A DNA stretch of 64,000 nt from Candidatus Moraniibacteriota bacterium (GTDB lineage: Bacteria > Patescibacteriota > Minisyncoccia > Moranbacterales > UBA1568). Shown here in pieces: positions 58,194-64,000 of this stretch. Made by a program: the position numbers and the translations under genes. Numbering within the stretch: position 1 is the stretch's first letter; each line of letters starts with the position of its first letter. The DNA is taken from NCBI GenBank assembly GCA_008012175.1, contig SSEF01000010.1, positions 2,923-66,922 of the forward strand, read 5' to 3'. Below the pieces are notes generated by a model that saw only the letters and a program-made list of their open reading frames with translations, had not been told where the DNA came from and did not search any database.

Positions 58194-58242
58194 GCTTCTC
58201 TCCTCTCTTTTCCGCTCACAAAATTTTCGAAGTTCCTGATTG

Positions 58243-58313
58243 TGGACCCGGCGAGAATCGAACTCGCGCCTCTGCAATGCGAATGCAGCGTTGTACCACT
58301 TAACTACGGGCCC
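58243..58313 (-). tRNA. tRNA-Ala(CGC)
   Basis: GGGCCCG/CGGGTCC acceptor with G3:U70, CTGCA-TTCGCAT-TGCAG anticodon arm, GTTCGATTC T-arm. Confidence 0.93.
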
Positions 58314-58429
58314 GGCAGAAAGAAAAACAACGGCAGTATAGGGCGGAAAAAGCAAAAAAGCAAGCTACCCGCCTATCCAGGTATCCTGGTATACTGGAGA
58401 AGTAATCACTCTTCAAACAACGCGACGCT

Positions 58430-58642
58430 ATGCACCAGATCACGCTGAAATACCTCGCCCGGAATATCGCTACCGTCGTCGGACTTGTTCTGGTCTGGCG
58501 CGGGATCTGGCACCTTCTTGACGGCATCGACAATCTCTTTTTCGCCGGAAGCCACTTCTGGACTGCGATTCCCGGAGTCATCCTCGGGCTTATCATCCTC
58601 TATCTCCCCGATAAGGATCTGAAGGAGATCGAGAAGCTCTAA
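58430..58642 (+). CDS. Small two-TM membrane protein
   Basis: GLVLVWRGIWHLLD...GVILGLIILYLPD. Confidence 0.75.
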   Translation: MHQITLKYLARNIATVVGLVLVWRGIWHLLDGIDNLFFAGSHFWTAIPGVILGLIILYLPDKDLKEIEKL

Positions 58643-58687
58643 CCAAGGAAACAGGCAGCGGCTTTCCCTTCCACGCCCCGATCCTCT

Positions 58688-59173
58688 CTACTCTCGCTCA
58701 GCTATAGCGCTTTCGATGATCCTGATGTCCTGTTCCAAGACAGCATCACCGTCACCGAAGAGAAACCGGGTGCGGAATTTCTTTTTCGCGAGAAATGCCG
58801 GAAACCAGTAGCGATCATCCGGCCACATCTCGTCATAAGGAATCTTGTCGATTGGAAACCACTCTGGCCGCATTTCTTCCGTCTCAACCGGATCGCCCTC
58901 CCACGCAGCGCTCCGGAATACATGGACTTCGAGGATGCTTCCCCGCTCTTTTTCAAACTCGAACTCATGAACGCCGACCTCTTCGAAGGCCGTGAGCCTG
59001 ATGCCGCATTCCTCTTGGGTTTCCCGGATCGCCCCTTCCGCCACCGATTCGCTCTCGTGCACCTTGCCGCCAAAGCCGTTCCAGCGGCCCGACCCGAAGC
59101 CGCGCTTCTTCATCCCGAGGAGCACTCTGTCGTCCTGAACCGCGAAAACAAGCGTGAAGAGCTTCCGTTTCAT
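58688..59173 (-). CDS. Nudix hydrolase (MTH1/8-oxo-dGTPase-like)
   Basis: LLGMKKRGFG..WNGFGGKV...E....AIRETQEECG, MWPDD. Confidence 0.92.
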   Translation of the reverse strand: MKRKLFTLVFAVQDDRVLLGMKKRGFGSGRWNGFGGKVHESESVAEGAIRETQEECGIRLTAFEEVGVHEFEFEKERGSILEVHVFRSAAWEGDPVETEEMRPEWFPIDKIPYDEMWPDDRYWFPAFLAKKKFRTRFLFGDGDAVLEQDIRIIESAIAERE

Positions 59174-59177
59174 GCGT

Positions 59178-60314
59178 CTAGTATATCACTACCGGTGTGC
59201 CGACCGGCGCCCACTCATAGACCCGCTTGGCTGGGCCGACACCGAGCCTCATGCAGCCATGCGAAACCGGAGTGCCCAGATGATTCGCCCCTTCCTTGTA
59301 GCCGCCCGGCCACTCGGGGAGCTCATGGATACCATATTTCCCGTCCGGCGTGATCGCCTGCCAATACGGCATGTAGAGGCTATAGGCCTTGGACCAAGGG
59401 CGGGCGGCCTTGTTCTCTATCGCAAATTCGCCCTTCGGCGTATCCATCCCGCGCTTCCCCGAAGAGATCATGTATGCATCGACGGCGCGACCGTCCTCGA
59501 AAAGCGTCATGACCTGGTGAGCGAGGTCGACATCGATGTATTTTCCGTCAGTCCGTTTGGCGCGCGTGAAGCGTTTCGCCTCTTCGATCCGGGTCGCGAA
59601 ATCACGGCTCAGAGTGGTCGGCCGGGGCGGAAGCGTCGTGAAACGACTCTCCCCGATCAGGCGATAGCCTTCGTCGCCGTCCGTTCGCCAGCGCGCCCAG
59701 ACAGAAAGGTGATGCGATCTCCCGGCATCGAGATCGGCCGACGGCAGAATCTCAAACACGGTTTTTTCTGGATTGTTCTGGTAAACGACCTCAACGGCCG
59801 GATCGATTCGAAAATCTACGTAGAAATCCCTTGCTGAACGGTCGAATTCGATCCGGATCGGATCTTCCACGCCCAAAAGGACATCGTGCGCCTGATCGCC
59901 TGGCGTCACTGAGACGATCTTCGGAAGCCGGGGCGAATCAAGACCGAAGGAAAAAATCGGTGTGCGCGCAAAGAACGACGTCAGACCCTGTCCGATCGAA
60001 AGCCGATACCGGGTCTCGATCGGCCAATTTTCCTCGGGAGTGATAATGAGCCGCTTGCCGAAATCATGCCACTCCGTCCGGAATGGAATCGCCGGATCGA
60101 GAATGATCTTATCCGTGAAGCTTTCCGCGCGAACCGCTTTGGAGAAGTCGATGACGACACTTTCGCGTGGGCCCGATAGCGCCTCGCGTTCGAGCATTGC
60201 GGTTACAGGTGCCTGCCGCCATTTCTCGATGGCGCCGACACCCACGACAAATCCTGTCAGGACGAAAAAGAAGGCGGACCAGAAGAAGAGAGAGAGTGAT
60301 CGCTGGATGGACAT
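59178..60314 (-). CDS. L,D-transpeptidase with Ig-like domains
   Basis: IDVDL..Q, TPKGEF, YGIHE...SHGCMRL. Confidence 0.9.
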   Translation of the reverse strand: MSIQRSLSLFFWSAFFFVLTGFVVGVGAIEKWRQAPVTAMLEREALSGPRESVVIDFSKAVRAESFTDKIILDPAIPFRTEWHDFGKRLIITPEENWPIETRYRLSIGQGLTSFFARTPIFSFGLDSPRLPKIVSVTPGDQAHDVLLGVEDPIRIEFDRSARDFYVDFRIDPAVEVVYQNNPEKTVFEILPSADLDAGRSHHLSVWARWRTDGDEGYRLIGESRFTTLPPRPTTLSRDFATRIEEAKRFTRAKRTDGKYIDVDLAHQVMTLFEDGRAVDAYMISSGKRGMDTPKGEFAIENKAARPWSKAYSLYMPYWQAITPDGKYGIHELPEWPGGYKEGANHLGTPVSHGCMRLGVGPAKRVYEWAPVGTPVVIY

Positions 60315-60320
60315 GAGGGT

Positions 60321-60488
60321 CTATTGATTTTGATTTTCGGCATTCTCGATTTTCCTGAGCGAGCGATGGATGGCGCGAGCGATCCGATTGCGTGTCAGGT
60401 AGCCGATTGCATAGCCGAGCACAGCCAGGACGATGCCTGAGGCGAGCCCTCCGGCAAACTGCGGCCAGAATTGTTCCCAGAAACTCAT
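60321..60488 (-). CDS. Small single-TM protein (55 aa, below the ORF-track cutoff)
   Basis: MSFWEQFWPQFAGGLASGIVLAVLGYAIGYLTRNRIARAIHRSLRKIENAENQNQ fills the gap between two operonic genes. Confidence 0.65.
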   Translation of the reverse strand: MSFWEQFWPQFAGGLASGIVLAVLGYAIGYLTRNRIARAIHRSLRKIENAENQNQ

Positions 60489-60493
60489 AGTTT

Positions 60494-61087
60494 TCAGCCT
60501 CCAAAAAATTTATTCTCTTCTTTTCTGAGTAGCGAGATGAGTTCGTCAAAGTACGGCTGGATTTCTGGCGACAGCGCTACCTTTTCCCTCTTGCTATCGT
60601 ACAGCATGGCGAGCGTCACACCTTTCTCCTGCCAAGTCCGGCCGCCATCGAGATAGATCTTCAGGACTGGCTCGATCTTGTCGAGCGCGTACACAAAACG
60701 GCTTTCAGCATCCTCTTTACGGACGTATCCCTCGATCGCCGCATGAAGCTCTGGCATTTCAGGGAACTCTCGCCGGAGCCGGAGAGCCGCTTCTTTTTCT
60801 CGTGCAGGCTTGCTCTCGAGCAGAGCCATATCCTCGCTATAGATATAGGTATCCCCCGCATAGACCTCGACGAGATCATGGGCGAGCGCATAACGGAACA
60901 CTCGATCGCGATCGAGCGGAAGCCTCTCGGTCTCCAGTATATACCACGCGAGCATCGCCAGGCTGTAGCTGTGCTCGACATCGTTTTCCCAGCGGCCACC
61001 CCCTCTGACGCGGATGACACGCTCCACCGACTGCAGTTCAGCTATGATCCTGGTGAACGAGAAGAGGCCGGCGAGCTTTTGATTCAT
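60494..61087 (-). CDS. HD-domain hydrolase (YfbR/HDDC2-like)
   Basis: VER...WENDVEHSY, ALAHDLVEVYAGD, FVYALDKIEP. Confidence 0.88.
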   Translation of the reverse strand: MNQKLAGLFSFTRIIAELQSVERVIRVRGGGRWENDVEHSYSLAMLAWYILETERLPLDRDRVFRYALAHDLVEVYAGDTYIYSEDMALLESKPAREKEAALRLRREFPEMPELHAAIEGYVRKEDAESRFVYALDKIEPVLKIYLDGGRTWQEKGVTLAMLYDSKREKVALSPEIQPYFDELISLLRKEENKFFGG

Positions 61088-61097
61088 GCGAGTGATA

Positions 61098-62651
61098 TTA
61101 CTCTCCATTCCACAGTCTTGCGAGCGCCTCCCTGATCTCCGTTTCGCGCTCCGCATAGATCGCCTGCCACTGCCATCGCGAGAGATGCATCGACGGCCAG
61201 TCCGCAGACGGTGAACCTGGGTGCGGCTGAGATCGCCAAAGATACGTATCGAGCATGCGCTGATAGCCGAAACGAAATTCATCGTGCCACTGCGTCTCCG
61301 AAGACGCGAGAGAGGCCCGTTTCGCTATGGCGGCGTCATCCAGAAGCCTTATCGTTTCCGGAAAAGCGTCCGTCGAAAGAGTCGATAGGTAGCCGAGATC
61401 GATCTCGCTCATTTCGGCATACCGTTCGATATTCTGACGCGCGATGAACTGGTCGGGATTCAGGATATTCACCGCCAAGAGAAAACATGCCATCGAGATT
61501 ATCCCGCGGAAAGCGAACGCCGCCCGATCTTCCCGAACGAAAATCTCGTACCCGAGCAAAAGCAGTATGGTTCCGATCCAGACGATGAAGATGTGACTGT
61601 AGAGACGCAAAGTCGTAAAGCCATAGGCTAATTCGTAGAGCGACAGACGCTGGAAGGAAGACGCCATCACAAATACCGTCTCGAGGATGAGGATGCCCGC
61701 CAGCCATTTGAACACCGGCAAATGCCGGGTACCGTCTCGCACGACCTGCCGCGCCGCAGCCAAGAGCAGGAAAAAAGCGATGAGCGAAACCGCTATCAGC
61801 TCAAAAAATCCCTGCCGGGCGTATTCGGCATAGGCAAACCCCTGGTTCGTGATTGCCCCTTCACCACCAAAGAAGTACGCGAACTGGATGAGAAGGAATG
61901 CGAAAAAAACCAGCGACACTGATCCGAGGACGATGCTCATTTCAATCGGGCCGAAACTCGGCTCTCTCGTTTTACCTGCCATGGACGGCGGCGATACCAG
62001 TTTCGCTCCCGAATGATGAGCGATGTAGGCATAGACCGCAAAGGCCGCGCCCGCGACCAATCCAACGCGCAGGAAAGAGTCAGCCATCGTGATCAGGATA
62101 TCGAGGCTGATGAGTTCCGTGACATACTTTCGAAAAACCAGATCCGCCGAAGAGAAGAGCAGGATGAGTACGCCGACGATCGGAAACGCGATCAGCGATC
62201 CCTTCAGAGCGCGCCTGAGGGCCTGGTATTTCTCTGCTCCCTCGAACGCAGTCAGTTCTTGCAGTCCGAAGAAGAAATGTGGGAAACATTTGACTGGTAG
62301 GAAGATGGTCGATGCATACTCGAAGACGGCATAGGATCGTACCTGTCTCCCGGCGAGGGATTCGATGCCGAGCGCGAGGAGCCCGAGGCTCGCAAGGAGG
62401 TTGAGCGTGGTCAAAAGTTCGCTCTCCCGTACGAAAACCATGACCGCGAAAAGGAAGCTCCCGCCGAAAAAGAACCAGATCCGCTGACCAGCCACACTGA
62501 TACGATCCGAGAAGAAGGCCAGCGCACCCACCATGAACGCACCGATCCATACCGGGTAGTTCACCCCGAGGAGCTGATCATGGAAGAGATACTCGAAAGC
62601 AACGCCCAAGGCGAGTGCAAACAGCAAGAGAGTGATCATTCGGCTCGACAT
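61098..62651 (-). CDS. DUF4153/DUF4173-like membrane protein
   Basis: LFSSADLVF, YAEYARQGFFEL, RLSLYE.AYGFT.LR, D..YL..LS.DA. Confidence 0.8.
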   Translation of the reverse strand: MSSRMITLLLFALALGVAFEYLFHDQLLGVNYPVWIGAFMVGALAFFSDRISVAGQRIWFFFGGSFLFAVMVFVRESELLTTLNLLASLGLLALGIESLAGRQVRSYAVFEYASTIFLPVKCFPHFFFGLQELTAFEGAEKYQALRRALKGSLIAFPIVGVLILLFSSADLVFRKYVTELISLDILITMADSFLRVGLVAGAAFAVYAYIAHHSGAKLVSPPSMAGKTREPSFGPIEMSIVLGSVSLVFFAFLLIQFAYFFGGEGAITNQGFAYAEYARQGFFELIAVSLIAFFLLLAAARQVVRDGTRHLPVFKWLAGILILETVFVMASSFQRLSLYELAYGFTTLRLYSHIFIVWIGTILLLLGYEIFVREDRAAFAFRGIISMACFLLAVNILNPDQFIARQNIERYAEMSEIDLGYLSTLSTDAFPETIRLLDDAAIAKRASLASSETQWHDEFRFGYQRMLDTYLWRSQPHPGSPSADWPSMHLSRWQWQAIYAERETEIREALARLWNGE

Positions 62652-62699
62652 AGTATCCCCCCCTCCTCCACCCTGAGAGTTTCGGGCAAGCAGGCCGCT

Positions 62700-64000
62700 T
62701 TATTGCTTATGCGACGGTGCATCGATAGCTCCGCATCGCTTCCACTTCAAACCTGATCCGCAAGGACACGGGTCGTTCCGGCCGACCGTGTCGGCATTCT
62801 GGATAGGCGCTTGAGGTTCGGAGGGCTGCACTTTCTGCTCTCTGCCCTCAGGACTGACGCCTGCAAACTGCTCGATCGTATCAGACGCACCCTTGTACTC
62901 GACGGCTCGCGGGACGGATGAGACGACGCCCGGATGAAGAGCTGTCAATTTGAAGAGCGAGACGAGATAGGTCTTGCGGACCGTATCCATGAGGCCGACA
63001 AAGAGGTCATAGGCCTCGCGCTTGTACTCGATCAATGGGTCGCGCTGGCCATACCCGCGGAGCCCGATCCCCTGGCGGAGATAGTCGATCTCATCGAGAT
63101 GGTTCATCCAGAGCGTATCGAGCGACTGGAGGAGGAGGAGCCGCTGGAGCCGGTTCCAGTCATCCTTGCCGATCGCGGTTTCCTTGCTGGCGTAGGCGCG
63201 CTTTGCTTCGCCGACGAGATACTCGGTGATGGCTGATTTCTTTTCCGGCTCGGTCCGCGAACGGTCATCGCGGATCGATTCGAGCTTCGTCCGGGCCGCC
63301 TCGTCATCGAGCTCGGAGAAGAGGCTATTCGCCTCGTCGACGATGTCGGCCAAATTCCACTCGCCCTCATCCCCGGCCGTATGGAAGCCGATGACGCGCT
63401 CGAACTCGTCCGCGACGAGCCCGAGTGTCGTGTCGCGATACTCGGTTGCGCGGAGCCAATCAGCCCGTTTCTTGTAGACGACCTCGCGCTGCTTGTTCAT
63501 GACATCGTCATAGTCGAGCACGTGCTTCCGGATGTCGAAGTTATAGCCTTCGATCTTCGACTGGGCGGATTCGATCGTCTTCGAGACAAGACTATTTTCA
63601 ATCGCCTCGTCATCCGGGAGGCCGAGTGTCGTCATCATGCTCTTCATCCGGTCTCCGCCGAAGCGCCGCATGAGTTCATCTTCAAGCGAGACATAGAACT
63701 GCGACACGCCCGGATCGCCCTGTCGGCCGGCGCGTCCGCGGAGCTGGTTGTCGATGCGTCGCGCCTCGTGCCGCTCGCTACCGATGATCATGAGCCCGCC
63801 GAGCTCTTTCACGCCATCCCCGAGCTTGATGTCGGTGCCGCGTCCCGCCATGTTCGTCGCGATCGTGACCGCGCCCTTTTGCCCGGCGCTCGCGACGATC
63901 TGCGCTTCCTTCTCGTGATTCTTGGCATTCAGGACCTGATGCGGTACGCCCTCGCGGGCGAGCAGTGCCGAGAGGTACTCGGATTTCTCGATGGCGATCG
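62700..64000 (-). CDS. secA: Preprotein translocase SecA (C-terminal part, truncated by the window edge)
   Basis: ATNMAGRGTDI, ERHEARRIDNQLRGRAGRQGDPG, LRGYGQRDPL, GRNDPCPCGSG. Confidence 0.98.
   Translation of the reverse strand, partial: IAIEKSEYLSALLAREGVPHQVLNAKNHEKEAQIVASAGQKGAVTIATNMAGRGTDIKLGDGVKELGGLMIIGSERHEARRIDNQLRGRAGRQGDPGVSQFYVSLEDELMRRFGGDRMKSMMTTLGLPDDEAIENSLVSKTIESAQSKIEGYNFDIRKHVLDYDDVMNKQREVVYKKRADWLRATEYRDTTLGLVADEFERVIGFHTAGDEGEWNLADIVDEANSLFSELDDEAARTKLESIRDDRSRTEPEKKSAITEYLVGEAKRAYASKETAIGKDDWNRLQRLLLLQSLDTLWMNHLDEIDYLRQGIGLRGYGQRDPLIEYKREAYDLFVGLMDTVRKTYLVSLFKLTALHPGVVSSVPRAVEYKGASDTIEQFAGVSPEGREQKVQPSEPQAPIQNADTVGRNDPCPCGSGLKWKRCGAIDAPSHKQ

Noticed and set aside
1-64000. 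Alternative genetic code (UGA read as Gly or Trp)
   Set aside because: Conserved genes end at UGA at expected lengths and RF2 is intact, so code 11 fits.

Overview
A ~55% GC bacterial chromosome segment that looks like Patescibacteria/CPR (Parcubacteria-like). This is inferred from the short AlaRS, helicase-degenerate PriA, the FtsA-like plus baseplate-J-like gene pair and SD-less core genes. It carries mostly housekeeping genes (groES, fmt/def/priA, gltX, ftsEX, prfB, engB, hrcA-grpE-dnaK, yidD, corA, cysS, dnaB, recR, rplU, alaS, eno, pgk, mraY, scpAB, rpmA, pyrG, rplI, queA, partial secA) and three tRNAs, interleaved with many small orphan genes. I found no CRISPR array, prophage or IS element. 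Main observations: (1) the apparently empty 1 kb between yidD and hrcA holds three tandem paralogous Cys-rich microprotein genes, each followed by a hairpin; (2) gene expression signals fall into two classes: orphan genes have a sigma70 promoter, a boxA-like leader motif and usually a clear Shine-Dalgarno, while core genes have no SD, usually a T at -1, and are often leaderless; (3) the prfB +1 frameshift site has lost its SD stimulator; (4) a GGDEF, HD-GYP-like, hemerythrin and alarmone-hydrolase neighbourhood; (5) a low-GC HEPN-like gene; (6) all three tRNA genes end in N73-C-A rather than CCA. All family calls come from motif recognition by eye, and no database search was run.
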